DNA of 64,000 bases from a virus (taxonomy: Duplodnaviria; Caudoviricetes): IMG/VR virus record IMGVR_UViG_3300035492_000236; one strand, 5' to 3'. This document shows, one piece after another, positions 1 to 10,197 of the stretch. Position numbers and translations under genes: made by a program. The notes beneath the pieces were generated by a model. That model saw nothing but the letters and a program-made list of their open reading frames with translations, was not told where the DNA came from and ran no database searches. Numbering within the stretch: the stretch's first letter is position 1; every line of letters begins with the position of its first letter.

Positions 1-1149
1 GCGCAGCTGGTAGCCGGCTGACTTCAGTTCGTCGAACGCAGTCACGGGCTGACCGGCACGGTCAGTGCTGTCGCCAGACACGAGGAAAGCAGCACCGGAG
101 AAGGACAGTTCCATGCCCATACCGTCGCCTTCCTGGCTCTTGTTGAAGGTAGAGCGCGGCAGGTTGGCGGTGTTCATCACCAGCACTTGGCGGGTGGTGT
201 CAGCAGCGCCTTTCTTCTTCACGGTGAAGTACAGCTTGGCCAGTTCCACGCGACCGTTGATTTCGTCAGACTCATCCAGTACGCCGGAGGTAACCAGCTT
301 GGGATGAGCAGACAGCTCCAGCATGTTCTTTTTCTTACCGGAGAAAGCCAGCGGGTTGGTCCGTACGCTGTAGTCACCGACCATCACGTGGTGCGGAGTT
401 ACCAGGCTGGCGTCAACGAAGTTCTCGGCGTTGTCGCCATCTTCCAACATGTAGGGAACGATGTCGATGGAACGGTCTTCCAGGACGGTGTGGTCAGACA
501 CGGCATCCAGGATGTTACGGCGCTGGAACGGTACGCTGTCTTTGGAGCGTACGGCATGACGTACGGCGCGGTGCACCATGGACTTGTTGATTTCCATCAG
601 CAGACCAGCATCAGTGGGGTCAGCCACAACGGTGGGCATGATAGTTTCAGCGAAGTTGTCCTGACGGGCGGCCTGTACGTTGAAGGTAAAGGAAGCGGCC
701 AGGTGCTTGTCCAGAGCTTGTTCGGTGAAGTATTCCAGGGCGATGCTTTCAGCACCTTGGTCGCTCAGGCCGTGGGCACCGGCCAGGATGGCAGGGCCAT
801 CAACGTCGCCAGATTCCAGCGCAGGGAAATCAGTACGCATGGCGGCATGAGCGTAACCGACCAGGTCACCTTTGGCCATGGCGATGATAGCACCGGCTTG
901 TTTCTGAGCTTCGGTCAGTTCGACATGGCTCTCGGCAGCGATAGCTTGAGCCAGTTGGTCACCCAGCTTCTCTTCGAGGTTGGCACGGTGAGTCATGCTC
1001 ACACCGTCCATGTGGGATTCCAGGCCGATCACGTTACCAACGGCCTTGCCGTCGCGCAGTTCGGTTTCGTTGGTGGCGAGCAGGTTCTCAGCAGCAGAAT
1101 ACATCTTGCTGAAGCCGACGCTAGCCTGACCTTTATTGAGTTTTGCCAT
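1..1149 (-). CDS. Major capsid protein (phiKZ gp120-like), 5' part, truncated by the window edge
   Basis: Manual translation from ATG at 1149 (RBS AAGGA upstream): MAKLNKGQASVGFSKMYSAAENLL..., open for 383 codons to base 1. The propeptide region has AxE/xLE motifs (IGLESH, IAAESH, PALESG, IALEY), and FAETIMPTVV resembles the conserved phiKZ-family MCP segment. Strong codon bias, and synteny DnaB - small head gene - MCP. Confidence 0.85.
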   Translation of the reverse strand, partial: MAKLNKGQASVGFSKMYSAAENLLATNETELRDGKAVGNVIGLESHMDGVSMTHRANLEEKLGDQLAQAIAAESHVELTEAQKQAGAIIAMAKGDLVGYAHAAMRTDFPALESGDVDGPAILAGAHGLSDQGAESIALEYFTEQALDKHLAASFTFNVQAARQDNFAETIMPTVVADPTDAGLLMEINKSMVHRAVRHAVRSKDSVPFQRRNILDAVSDHTVLEDRSIDIVPYMLEDGDNAENFVDASLVTPHHVMVGDYSVRTNPLAFSGKKKNMLELSAHPKLVTSGVLDESDEINGRVELAKLYFTVKKKGAADTTRQVLVMNTANLPRSTFNKSQEGDGMGMELSFSGAAFLVSGDSTDRAGQPVTAFDELKSAGYQLR

Positions 1150-1217
1150 TGTGACTTTTCCTTAATTGTTTTACATGTAAAAACAAACAGTACAAATTTC
1201 GCGATGCTAGCGACATG

Positions 1218-1769
1218 TTAGCACGGAATACTTTCCACATACAATGTGGTCAGCGACGGATTGTCCCGGAAGACCGAGGATTTGTCCACCGCCCCATTTT
1301 GGATACGCAAGCGGTTATGCATAACAGCCAACATATCAGTGATCACAGTATAGCGTTTGTCAACACCATCTTGCGTCTGATGCTCGCCACATCCCCCTAT
1401 AATATAGATGGATGCGCCTTCAGACTGTGTGTCCACGGTAAAGGTGATTTGTGCGAACTCGCCCACGCCAGACGCCAACAACCCAGGGTTCGGTTCTCGA
1501 TCCCGACCTTGCTGCAAATATGCTTCAAGTTCCGGCATATCGGGAAGTGGGTGGGCAAACAACGAGTTGTACATAAGATACAGTTCCGGGCCGTATTCCT
1601 TACCCCTGGTTAAAAAATTAAAGAACTCTATCTGGGCTTTGTGGTAATTAATAACATCAACTTGAGATACTATAGTCGACGTCAGGTTCTCATCAAGTAC
1701 AGCGAACGACGTGCCCGTGGATTGCAGGTCCTCACGGAGCCAGTCGGGAATGAACACTAACTTGGCCAT
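1218..1769 (-). CDS. Virion/capsid-associated protein upstream of MCP (phiKZ gp119-like by synteny)
   Basis: 183 aa ORF with RBS GAGGA, lying between DnaB and MCP as in phiKZ-like phages. Confidence 0.55.
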   Translation of the reverse strand: MAKLVFIPDWLREDLQSTGTSFAVLDENLTSTIVSQVDVINYHKAQIEFFNFLTRGKEYGPELYLMYNSLFAHPLPDMPELEAYLQQGRDREPNPGLLASGVGEFAQITFTVDTQSEGASIYIIGGCGEHQTQDGVDKRYTVITDMLAVMHNRLRIQNGAVDKSSVFRDNPSLTTLYVESIPC

Positions 1770-1806
1770 TACTTATTTCCTCATTTGAATTTTTTTCAGG
1801 GGCAGC

Positions 1807-3321
1807 ATGGAACAGAAAATTGCACTCGTGAATAGTCTTGCGTTGATCTATCACGAAAGTAAACTCGGTGAGCGCGGCCGCTATAACGCTCTTATTAAGA
1901 AAGTCATAGCCAGTATTAAAACCCCCGAACTGATGGCTGACGGGGACAGTCAAGCTGCACTGGCTGGCGTTAAGTCCATCGTTAAGGACTTGGTAGAGGA
2001 CGACCTGGTCTTTGATCGCAAAGCGATCCTACAAAAGATTCGGATTTATTGCTCTTTAGACCAATCATTTTACAAAAATATCGAGCATGCGCTGTCAGAC
2101 GATGAAGACTCTGTAGATGATGTTAAGAAAACCATTGCCAGTTACGCGTCGCAGCTGAGCCTGTACAGTAACCGCAGTGAAATGCGGAGATTGATCTCAC
2201 GAGCATCGTTTGCCGTGAATAATGACGCAGAAGCCAACCTGAAAGAAGTGGCGCAAGAACTCCAGCATGAGCTGTCCAAACTCAATCGCCATGGTGGGAA
2301 TGCGGCACGACCTAGTTTGGTGGCCTCAGTTGGGACAGACAACCCGGAAGGGTTCGAAAAGATCTTTGAGAACACCAAACGTCAGCTTGAAGGTAATGTC
2401 CTTAAGACCGGCTGGAAGTTCCTGAACCGCATGATGGGCATCAACAACGGCATCGTCCCTGGTGAGCTGTGGCTAATGCCAGCGCTCCCCCACAACGCCA
2501 AGACCACGTTCTCACTGATGCTGTCGCTGAGCCTGGGATTGTTTAACGACCCAGCACCATTCGTCCCTGAAGGTAAGAAGGCCATGATCCTCGATCTCTC
2601 TTTTGAGAACGAGTTGGAAACTAACTTGCCGATTGCGTACAAGGCCATCAAGGAGAACCTGGAAGGGGTACCGGTCAACATCAAAGACATTGATCCTGCA
2701 GAGGCTTCTAAGTACGTTTGTGACAAGCTCCGGGAGCGCGGTTGGGAATACAAGTTCGAGCGACACATCAACTCGGCTTTTGAGATCTCGGCGCTAGAAG
2801 AGACCTTTGCGCTGTACGAGTCACAGGGCTACCATATCGTGGTGTGTCGTGCAGACTATCTTGGCACTATTAATCGAGCAGGGCTGGGTAATGGTACTAT
2901 TGGCAGTGACGTGCGTGAGTTGTACCGCCTGGCACGTAACGTTTGCGCGCCTCGTAAGTGTGCCTTGTTGGCTCCACATCAATTGTCTCCTAAAGCCAAG
3001 GAACTGAAGTCCATTGATCCAATGAAGTACGTTCGGTTACTGCCAGGTAAGGGCTACTACGACGGCTGTACCACGGTGGATAACGAGGCTGACGGTGAAC
3101 TGTACTTCGGTATTACAGAAGTGAACGAGCAGTCGTTCCTGGAAGTGCAGCGTGGCAAGCACCGGACACTGGTGGATACACCGGTGGCACACCGCTACCG
3201 TGTCATCCCTTTCAGCGATATGGGCACCTTACCGTGGGATGTGCACCTTGATAAAGACAACAGCATTAAATCGGTGAACACCAACTCTATACTGGGTGAG
3301 ATGGACGGCCTCTTCGGATAA
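1807..3321 (+). CDS. dnaB: DnaB-like replicative helicase (phiKZ gp118-like)
   Basis: 504 aa. Variant Walker A LWLMPALPHNAKTT, SFENE (H1a), ADYLG (Walker B/H2), PHQLSPKA (H3), QRGKHR (H4). Divergent from the MCP operon. Confidence 0.85.
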   Translation: MEQKIALVNSLALIYHESKLGERGRYNALIKKVIASIKTPELMADGDSQAALAGVKSIVKDLVEDDLVFDRKAILQKIRIYCSLDQSFYKNIEHALSDDEDSVDDVKKTIASYASQLSLYSNRSEMRRLISRASFAVNNDAEANLKEVAQELQHELSKLNRHGGNAARPSLVASVGTDNPEGFEKIFENTKRQLEGNVLKTGWKFLNRMMGINNGIVPGELWLMPALPHNAKTTFSLMLSLSLGLFNDPAPFVPEGKKAMILDLSFENELETNLPIAYKAIKENLEGVPVNIKDIDPAEASKYVCDKLRERGWEYKFERHINSAFEISALEETFALYESQGYHIVVCRADYLGTINRAGLGNGTIGSDVRELYRLARNVCAPRKCALLAPHQLSPKAKELKSIDPMKYVRLLPGKGYYDGCTTVDNEADGELYFGITEVNEQSFLEVQRGKHRTLVDTPVAHRYRVIPFSDMGTLPWDVHLDKDNSIKSVNTNSILGEMDGLFG

Positions 3322-3362
3322 AAAAAAAAACAAAAAAAAAAAAGGAGGGGCTAAGCCCCTCC
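3320..3362 (-). terminator. Intrinsic terminator, probably bidirectional
   Basis: Stem GGAGGGGC/GCCCCTCC (3344-3362) with a long A-run at 3320-3343 (U-tract on minus), between convergent genes. Confidence 0.8.
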
Positions 3363-3365
3363 CAG

Positions 3366-3875
3366 TTATTTTCTTTTTTGCCGCATGACGGATTTAATCG
3401 TCGGGGCGGCGTTGATTTCTTTCAGGAAGGTGAGGTAAAGCTGACGCATGCGTTGGTACGCATCCTTGCGCTCTTGCTGATTATCTGCGGTGGTGAGTAC
3501 TGCACGTTGGAATGCCACCTGCTGCTTCAGCTCCTTCCGGCAGACGTCAGGAATCACCCGTTTACCCTCGGCTTTGCTCAGTGCCAACAACACCGAGGAG
3601 TCCATTAGGAAAGCATCGCGATCGAACAGCTTTAAGAGTTCGTCCTCCTCAGGCTTACAGGTGGGTTTGTTGTTCTTCACTGGCTTAGTAAAGTCAAGCG
3701 TCGCAATGCTAACGTTGACATCCACCAACTCAGTGACCTGTTCACGGGGAAGTGGCAAACCACAAACCACGATAGTGTCTTTATCTACCACCACATCGTC
3801 GGTAAATCCCTCGAACCACTCCTTGGCGCAGAATGGACCAACTTTGTTAATCTGGTAACCCTTAACGTATTTCAT
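3366..3875 (-). CDS. Hypothetical protein
   Basis: 169 aa ORF with RBS GGAG; no motif recognised. Confidence 0.7.
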   Translation of the reverse strand: MKYVKGYQINKVGPFCAKEWFEGFTDDVVVDKDTIVVCGLPLPREQVTELVDVNVSIATLDFTKPVKNNKPTCKPEEDELLKLFDRDAFLMDSSVLLALSKAEGKRVIPDVCRKELKQQVAFQRAVLTTADNQQERKDAYQRMRQLYLTFLKEINAAPTIKSVMRQKRK

Positions 3876-3897
3876 CTGAACTCCATTATTGTTATTT

Positions 3898-4299
3898 TTA
3901 TTGATAGGCGCGCACAGTCTCGTACAATCTACCGCGGAGATTATCTACGTCCACGGTACCTTTAGTGGCAACGGTCATCCTGAATTCTTTCATTAACACA
4001 TCAGCCTCACGCTGGAAACGTTCGATGATGTCTGCGCTTTTGTTATTAGCGATAACACAGGCGGCAATCGCGCGAGTGCTGTCAGATACCCGCGTCACGA
4101 AGTCGACGTAAGCGGCATCGCCTGCTAACTCATCCTCAACCCGAATGAGTGAGGACGCTTCAATGGGAATCCCGCCGTAACTGAGATATTCACCAGAGAT
4201 ACGTAAATGTTTCAGTGGCACCACGTATTGTACCGGCTTGGTGGTCAGTTTGCCACCAACAGACACTTCGGTGACCAGACCTTTCAGAATGTACAGCAT
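3898..4299 (-). CDS. Hypothetical protein
   Basis: Start reassigned to ATG 4299 (MLYILKG), which has RBS GGAG and lies 34 nt downstream of the candidate promoter motif. Confidence 0.7.
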   Translation of the reverse strand: MLYILKGLVTEVSVGGKLTTKPVQYVVPLKHLRISGEYLSYGGIPIEASSLIRVEDELAGDAAYVDFVTRVSDSTRAIAACVIANNKSADIIERFQREADVLMKEFRMTVATKGTVDVDNLRGRLYETVRAYQ

Positions 4300-4332
4300 G
4301 CTAAACTCCAAGTATGGTTGTTGGTTCACCTC

Positions 4333-4345
4333 GATAATATATATC
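4333..4345 (-). promoter_or_regulatory. Candidate early (virion-RNAP) promoter GATATATATTATC
   Basis: One of six copies of a GATATATT(T/A)TATC-like motif, each upstream of a minus-strand gene; resembles the phiKZ early consensus TATATTAC. Confidence 0.55.
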
Positions 4346-4367
4346 TGAAGATTTTTTTATACGGCAC

Positions 4368-4395
4368 AAAAAAGAGGAGAGGCCGAAGCCTCTCC
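4368..4395 (-). terminator. Intrinsic terminator with cUUCGg loop
   Basis: Minus strand reads GGAGAGGC-TTCG-GCCTCTCC followed by CTTTTTT. Confidence 0.85.
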
Positions 4396-4524
4396 AAAAA
4401 TCAGGATTCAATGACTAACAACAACTAACCCCGCGCAAGTACAGGTGAACGTAACCCACGCATCGTAAACACTCAGAGTTCGCAACTTTACCCAGAGGTT
4501 GTCTACATAGTATAACGGTTTGTT

Positions 4525-5253
4525 TTAGTTAGCCTTAACACAACCCATTACGTCGGCCCGATACCGGTCGCCGTTGTAGCTCACGGTGGCGGTAACACCG
4601 CTCTGCTCCACCACCGCAGTACCTAGACTGCGATAGATAACTGCCCCACACACTGTCGGTCCAAACTCGTCGTCCTTTTTCAAGGACTGGCGAGTGACGT
4701 TATGCGGTACAGTAACCGCGGCATTCAGTGCAAGATAACGCCCTACCACTAACACCGGGTACACAACCGGCACTCGCTCTACCGGCTGAGGCCCCACCCA
4801 CACCGCATCTTCCATCAGTACGTCAGTCATGCAGACCACACCATGCTCCCGCCACCGGGTGATGTGGTCAACACGGTACGCGCTGAACGGCACGTGCTCC
4901 ATCTCAGTCTCGACCATTGCCGGAGTAATGTCGTGGACCAATTCCAACTCACCGCAGCCGAAGGCAACACCGAGCTTGGTAGCAACTGTCTCGATGAACT
5001 CCCAACTCTGATACGGTAGGGCAGTACGCAGAACCGCAGGCAGGGTGTACAATCCGATTGCAGCCTTGATCAAGTCTTCTTCTACCTTGGCTTCAACGGT
5101 AACTTCTTTGCTGTCGATGGTCACAGTGGACATTACCGGGTTGATGGACACCGATGTTGGGTTGGTCACCGCCTGTCCGAGCAGCTGCATCACATACTCG
5201 TTAAACGCAGGTGAGTACAAAGTTGGATCAACGTTGACGATCTTGGAAGACAT
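4525..5253 (-). CDS. Hypothetical protein at the distal end of the structural operon
   Basis: 242 aa ORF with RBS AAGGA; no motif recognised. Confidence 0.7.
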   Translation of the reverse strand: MSSKIVNVDPTLYSPAFNEYVMQLLGQAVTNPTSVSINPVMSTVTIDSKEVTVEAKVEEDLIKAAIGLYTLPAVLRTALPYQSWEFIETVATKLGVAFGCGELELVHDITPAMVETEMEHVPFSAYRVDHITRWREHGVVCMTDVLMEDAVWVGPQPVERVPVVYPVLVVGRYLALNAAVTVPHNVTRQSLKKDDEFGPTVCGAVIYRSLGTAVVEQSGVTATVSYNGDRYRADVMGCVKAN

Positions 5254-5287
5254 AAAGTATCCTTTTCTAGTGCATGTAATGGTTATT

Positions 5288-6610
5288 TCACATCATGCCA
5301 TCATCCTTTAAAAATAACGACAAACGTACTACGTTGCGGTGCTCTGGTTCGATGAAGCCTTTCTGCGGGATCGACGAAACCAGCTCTGCCGAAAGCAATG
5401 TGCCATAACGTTGCTTCAGCACTCCATTCGCCCCGTAATAGAAAGTGGTGGGCATGCCTGGCCGTAACGGCTCCAAGGTTCCATGTAACCAAGTCACGTC
5501 CACTACCTCACCGCCACGTTGGGCCATTACTGACGCAATGACCAGTGGGTTGTCTGAAAACCGGGTTGATGACGTCACCGTGTTCTGAATGTCTTTAAGG
5601 TGTCGACTGCCACGATACTCCGTCATGTATTGTTCTGGCAGGCGCTCTGGATCAACCGTAGGGTCCGAGGTGGATGTGTTACCATTAATAGACCGCATGT
5701 CCGCATACCGCACTCCCGTCCCGCCGTTCAGCGCATCCTCGTCACTATATCGTCGGTGCTTGGTTTCCCCTGTCGCGATCACTGTCACGGTCTTACCTAC
5801 GATATGAAAGTTCTTAGGCACGTCCCGATAACGCGCCGGAGGCGCGTTAAACACCACCAACCGAGGGATGTCGTAATCACGCTTGGTGATATTGAACGGC
5901 GCAAAGATGTGCCACTCTAGCCCGCGAAGGAAGCAGCCCAGCCCTTGGGCATATATCCCATACTCACGTTGCAGGTAGTCAGGGAACGCCATGAATCGCG
6001 TCCCTTCCGGTATTTTAATCGGATTGAACTTTCGCTGAGACGCGCCAGGTTCAACCGTAACTGTGGCCACGGCTTCGGTTTGGCTGAGTCGGTCATGTAG
6101 CCTGGTTTTAGCCAAATAATGCCGTAGCACATCTACTGCGCAGCAGTTTGGATAGATGGCACCGATTTCCCGTAGGCGAAGATCAAAGGCTGCCGAGGTG
6201 ATCAGCTGGAACGTGATCACTGAGAACGTCGTCAAGTCCAGCGCGCCAGGCTCTGCGACGTCGGTGATGTTACCATCACGCTTACCGTCTTGGTGACTGA
6301 TAATCACCGCATGGTACTCTTTAGTGTACGGCGTACCTCCCTCATAAGGTCGCTGTGTCAGTTTCATGGTCATGTCTTCGTGGCCGTGCAACACCAACTC
6401 GGTGTAATGCGACGCTTGCATTGCCACCGTCACTTGAATATCTTCAAACAAGTTCTCCAAATAAAGGTGACGCTCCGTCAGGGCGGTAACCGCCACCGAC
6501 TTAAACCGCATGCCAGAAACCGAAACCTCCGCATCATAGCGAAACGACGGCAGCGACACCGCCCGCGTTAGCTGGCGGTTGATGGCATTGATGAACGGAT
6601 CTACACTCAC
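5288..6610 (-). CDS. Virion structural protein (phiKZ gp101-like), possibly baseplate hub-type
   Basis: 440 aa, coupled to the upstream gene. Synteny with the gp98-101 cluster. The beta-rich C-terminus (LRPGMPTTFYY...GTLLSAE) is reminiscent of hub folds (inference). Confidence 0.55.
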   Translation of the reverse strand: MSVDPFINAINRQLTRAVSLPSFRYDAEVSVSGMRFKSVAVTALTERHLYLENLFEDIQVTVAMQASHYTELVLHGHEDMTMKLTQRPYEGGTPYTKEYHAVIISHQDGKRDGNITDVAEPGALDLTTFSVITFQLITSAAFDLRLREIGAIYPNCCAVDVLRHYLAKTRLHDRLSQTEAVATVTVEPGASQRKFNPIKIPEGTRFMAFPDYLQREYGIYAQGLGCFLRGLEWHIFAPFNITKRDYDIPRLVVFNAPPARYRDVPKNFHIVGKTVTVIATGETKHRRYSDEDALNGGTGVRYADMRSINGNTSTSDPTVDPERLPEQYMTEYRGSRHLKDIQNTVTSSTRFSDNPLVIASVMAQRGGEVVDVTWLHGTLEPLRPGMPTTFYYGANGVLKQRYGTLLSAELVSSIPQKGFIEPEHRNVVRLSLFLKDDGMM

Positions 6611-7164
6611 GACCTGCCTCCTAACCGGTGACGTATGGTGGCCTGTTGATGGATTTCGGCAAAGATGGATTCATCATGTTCGAAGTCCTTCAACTGGATC
6701 GGTGCCACGAAGCCGGAGGAGAACGTCCGGTGATGTCGCTTCTGCTCGCTGGGGATCTCCAGTTCCACCAAACCGTGACGTCGGCCTATTTTGGCCATTT
6801 GTCTCGCTAAGTCGTTGAACTCCCGCAGCCCTTTCAGCGGCACCGCCTTGCGACGAATCGCCCCCTGCGTCACGACACGATGCCAATCATTAAGGTGATC
6901 TGCCAGCATCCGGTAAATCACTACTGCGTCTTTGGGATCGTGGATATCAACCCGCACTTTCCGGCCAGCGAACTCTGCTGCTTCCGCAGGTGTCATGTAC
7001 ACTGGCTCCATGGCTGATGCCAATTGCAGATCCCACGCTTCATTACCAGTGGAGACCCTGCCGAAATACTCGGTGTCGTTTTCATCAAACGTTTCGTTTC
7101 GTGGGACGTAAAACATGTAAGGGTAATGGAACAGCTTATATGCTGCGGAATGTTCTTCTTTCAT
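6607..7164 (-). CDS. Conserved hypothetical protein (phiKZ gp100-like by synteny)
   Basis: 185 aa ORF abutting neighbouring genes in the structural operon. Confidence 0.6.
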   Translation of the reverse strand: MKEEHSAAYKLFHYPYMFYVPRNETFDENDTEYFGRVSTGNEAWDLQLASAMEPVYMTPAEAAEFAGRKVRVDIHDPKDAVVIYRMLADHLNDWHRVVTQGAIRRKAVPLKGLREFNDLARQMAKIGRRHGLVELEIPSEQKRHHRTFSSGFVAPIQLKDFEHDESIFAEIHQQATIRHRLGGRS

Positions 7165-8532
7165 TTAGTCACCTCGACGGCAATAATGAATTAGGACCAG
7201 CAGAATCGGCATATAGTAATACTGGTGTTGGCGCGGTTCGAGGAAGATCGACTCACACAGCCACTGTACGAGCTCACCACTGACACGTTCGCCTTGCAGC
7301 ATCCGATACGACAACAGCTCCAGCACTGACATCTGGACCGGGTCTTCATCGTAGAATGCGCTTGAGAGCACGTAGGACGTTCCTGACAGTGTCGGGAACA
7401 CGGGCCGATCAATCAGTTGATGTTTCTCCGCCAGGGCGTCAGGGAGCATCTGAGGGGTTGTAATAGCGTCATTGTCGGAGAAGTCGACCCATGCAGTGCA
7501 CACTCGGATGGCGTCCGGGTAATCCGGCACACCGCCGTCTGGGTAAATGGCCTGACTATAAGGCGACCATGTCACCCCACGGTACGCGGCAATCCCCCCG
7601 AACGCTTTGACAGACGTCCCTCCTAGTTTCCGACAAGCATCCATCATGGGCCAGAATGCCATCTCCCGGAACGCATCCCATAGCGTGGGAATGTCCTCAG
7701 CATCCACCGTACCGTATCGGTACAAGTCAATGGGACGCAAGACATCACCTAACCCCACGTGTTGACAGAACGCCGCATGGAACCCATCGTACGTCAACGT
7801 TGGTAAGTTGGGTAGTGCAATAGAGTTCACCGCCCGTGACCAAAAACGGTCCATGAACTGCTGGCGGATGCGAACATCATATTCGTTCAAGCTCAGCAAC
7901 CGTCGGTGGGCTTCTTTCGACATGAACGGACTGTCGTGCAGCTCCACCATGCTGGTTTCAAACACCACAGATTCCACTACCTTGGCTTCCAGGTCAGTTT
8001 CCCATACCGTGGTGTATTCACTCACCAACTGATAACGAATGCGGTAGGTGGCCGATTTGGTGTCGATCAGTCGCTCACTGGAGGTGATGAGAAACAACCC
8101 GGTTCTGCCAGAGCCAATGTCCGCAACGAACATGTCACCCGTGTTCGGGATGAGACCATACTCGATCGCTCCCTCACCAGTGACAGTGAACTCCTTAGTC
8201 TGAGTGTCTTGCACTGGCTCCAGTGCCTGGTCAACCTTGATGACCATCCCTTCTACTTTCAGGTATTGCTGATGAGCTGGGAGAGTACCACGTTGCAAGG
8301 GCTGCAAAACATCGTCCAGTCCCAATTGTTGGCGATAATAATCGACTGTCCAGCCATCGCCGCCGGTGTGAATGATCAAGTGACTGACAGGGGCATATTC
8401 GGTATCCACTATCGCTTTGCGGTCGGCAACATCAGTCACTACAGGTTTATGTTCTACCACGCCATCCAAGGACGTCTGTGGATTACTGCCGACGGGTGGC
8501 TTGGGGGTTGGTTTACGCGCTGCGAGTGCCAT
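7165..8532 (-). CDS. Virion structural protein (phiKZ gp99-like), possibly neck/head-completion
   Basis: 455 aa. Motifs YYRQQLGLDD and PNTGDMFVADIG resemble T4 gp14-type neck proteins (inference); synteny. Confidence 0.55.
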   Translation of the reverse strand: MALAARKPTPKPPVGSNPQTSLDGVVEHKPVVTDVADRKAIVDTEYAPVSHLIIHTGGDGWTVDYYRQQLGLDDVLQPLQRGTLPAHQQYLKVEGMVIKVDQALEPVQDTQTKEFTVTGEGAIEYGLIPNTGDMFVADIGSGRTGLFLITSSERLIDTKSATYRIRYQLVSEYTTVWETDLEAKVVESVVFETSMVELHDSPFMSKEAHRRLLSLNEYDVRIRQQFMDRFWSRAVNSIALPNLPTLTYDGFHAAFCQHVGLGDVLRPIDLYRYGTVDAEDIPTLWDAFREMAFWPMMDACRKLGGTSVKAFGGIAAYRGVTWSPYSQAIYPDGGVPDYPDAIRVCTAWVDFSDNDAITTPQMLPDALAEKHQLIDRPVFPTLSGTSYVLSSAFYDEDPVQMSVLELLSYRMLQGERVSGELVQWLCESIFLEPRQHQYYYMPILLVLIHYCRRGD

Positions 8533-10102
8533 ATCTCGGATCCAGGTAAGTAAAGAGGCGACTGTTCATCACCGTAATCATGATACGAATGGATTTGCCC
8601 CAAGGACCCATGTTCGGATGGGTGGGACGTAATCCGCCATTGCCGGCATTGGTGATGCCGTTCCCGCCAATCAAGTCGATGACTTTATCGAGATTGTGCG
8701 TGGGGTAGGTTTTTCCCGTCTCCGGTTCAATAGCCGGCCGCAGGTACGGGAAGAAAGTGTCAATCACAGCATCCACGAACTCCGGGTGTCGTCGAATGCT
8801 GTCGTATTGACAATCACTGAGGATGGTCCAGTCAGTTTGCAGGGCGATGGCAAACTGGTAGTTCTTGGTTAAGTCAGGCAGGTAGTCCAGCCACACCTCA
8901 TTGGTTGCGCAGTCCACTCCGACCAGGTCCATGTCTAGCGGTACACCGTCTTCATAGACGATGATTTTCATCACCGAACACTTACCATTCTTCCCACTGC
9001 AGTATGCATCGCGCAAATACGCCAGCGTGCTATCATCAAGGTCTACGCCAGGAATTCCGTCAAGTGGAAACAGGAACGCAGGCTTAGTGATTTCGTCTTT
9101 ATCAAACACCAACTGTCCGATGATGATCGGTACATACCCGCCAATGGACGGCAGGTTCAAGTTAGGGTAATCGCAGGCTGGGACGTAAATGGGGAGTGTA
9201 ACCTCAGCAGGCGGCGTCAATTGATTACCGGCGTTGACGTGGACGTTACTACTGGCATCATCTTCAAAGCTCATGCCTGGGTGTGTTTGGTCGACCCACC
9301 ACTCTTCTGGCAACAAAGTGTTATTGAGTATCACCGGGTAGCGCAACACCACAGCTTCGGGCCGGGTGTAACTAAAGCGGTACTGGTATTCCCCCACCCA
9401 ACTGACTTGGTTATCGTCGCGGACCTGCTGCGGACCATCACCGGTAATCACCCCCACCACCCGACATGCTGTATGGCGCATTGCGTACTCTTGGCCCTGC
9501 CCTGCCATGTTACTGATCAACGTAACGGCTTTGCTGAAGTTCCAGCGTAGATATTCCAGTAGGGACTTACCGGATGGAACGTTAGTCTCCATCGCACGGT
9601 AGCAGGCAGCGGCCAGATTCAGGCAAGCGGGGGGGATGACGTAGTGGAAGTCAAACTGCGTAACCATCACAGCACGGTCTTGATCGAGAATACGCTGGAT
9701 GGCATTACACCAGTTGGCGACAATCGCACGAGATGGTGCGCGCCGACGAACTGTAACCGTCACGTCGTAACGCACTTGCGTGGGCGTCATTGAGATACGG
9801 TTGTCAGTGTCTTTGAAAAACGGCAATTCGAAATCAGCACCGGGAGCCCGCTCTATCCGGTTCATGACATCACGCTGCTCATCGTAGTCGATCACAACCC
9901 GGTCGGTGTTGCCGTAGGACAGCGTACGCTGCTCGCCCACGGTGGAGTCAGGCTGCGCCACCTCGCGACCCTCACTGCCCTCGTAAACAATGTCGGCACC
10001 CTCCAGCCCCAAATAGCGCAGTAAGTTGCGACTCACACTGTCGTGGATGTTCTTTTGGATAGTGTTATTCACATCCGGAATTTCAACAATTTTGATTGGC
10101 AT
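8513..10102 (-). CDS. Virion structural protein (phiKZ gp98-like), possibly neck/tail terminator
   Basis: Start reassigned to ATG 10102 (MPIKIVE), RBS AGGAGG; first gene after the terminator at 10139-10173. Confidence 0.55.
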   Translation of the reverse strand: MPIKIVEIPDVNNTIQKNIHDSVSRNLLRYLGLEGADIVYEGSEGREVAQPDSTVGEQRTLSYGNTDRVVIDYDEQRDVMNRIERAPGADFELPFFKDTDNRISMTPTQVRYDVTVTVRRRAPSRAIVANWCNAIQRILDQDRAVMVTQFDFHYVIPPACLNLAAACYRAMETNVPSGKSLLEYLRWNFSKAVTLISNMAGQGQEYAMRHTACRVVGVITGDGPQQVRDDNQVSWVGEYQYRFSYTRPEAVVLRYPVILNNTLLPEEWWVDQTHPGMSFEDDASSNVHVNAGNQLTPPAEVTLPIYVPACDYPNLNLPSIGGYVPIIIGQLVFDKDEITKPAFLFPLDGIPGVDLDDSTLAYLRDAYCSGKNGKCSVMKIIVYEDGVPLDMDLVGVDCATNEVWLDYLPDLTKNYQFAIALQTDWTILSDCQYDSIRRHPEFVDAVIDTFFPYLRPAIEPETGKTYPTHNLDKVIDLIGGNGITNAGNGGLRPTHPNMGPWGKSIRIMITVMNSRLFTYLDPRYGTRSA

Positions 10103-10138
10103 ATTGTTAGCCCTCCTACATGATGTCTGAGAACGCAC

Positions 10139-10173
10139 AAAAAACCAACAGCAGGGGCCGAAGCCCCCGCTGT
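10139..10173 (-). terminator. Intrinsic terminator with cUUCGg loop
   Basis: Minus strand ACAGCGGGGGC-TTCG-GCCCCTGCTGT; a G-U wobble forms only on the minus-strand RNA; a T-run follows. Confidence 0.85.
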
Positions 10174-10197
10174 CGATTCAACTAGCTAAGGGTAACC

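Noticed and set aside
187-1221. 344 aa plus-strand ORF
   Set aside because: Antisense shadow of the major capsid gene; strong codon bias leaves the opposite frame open.
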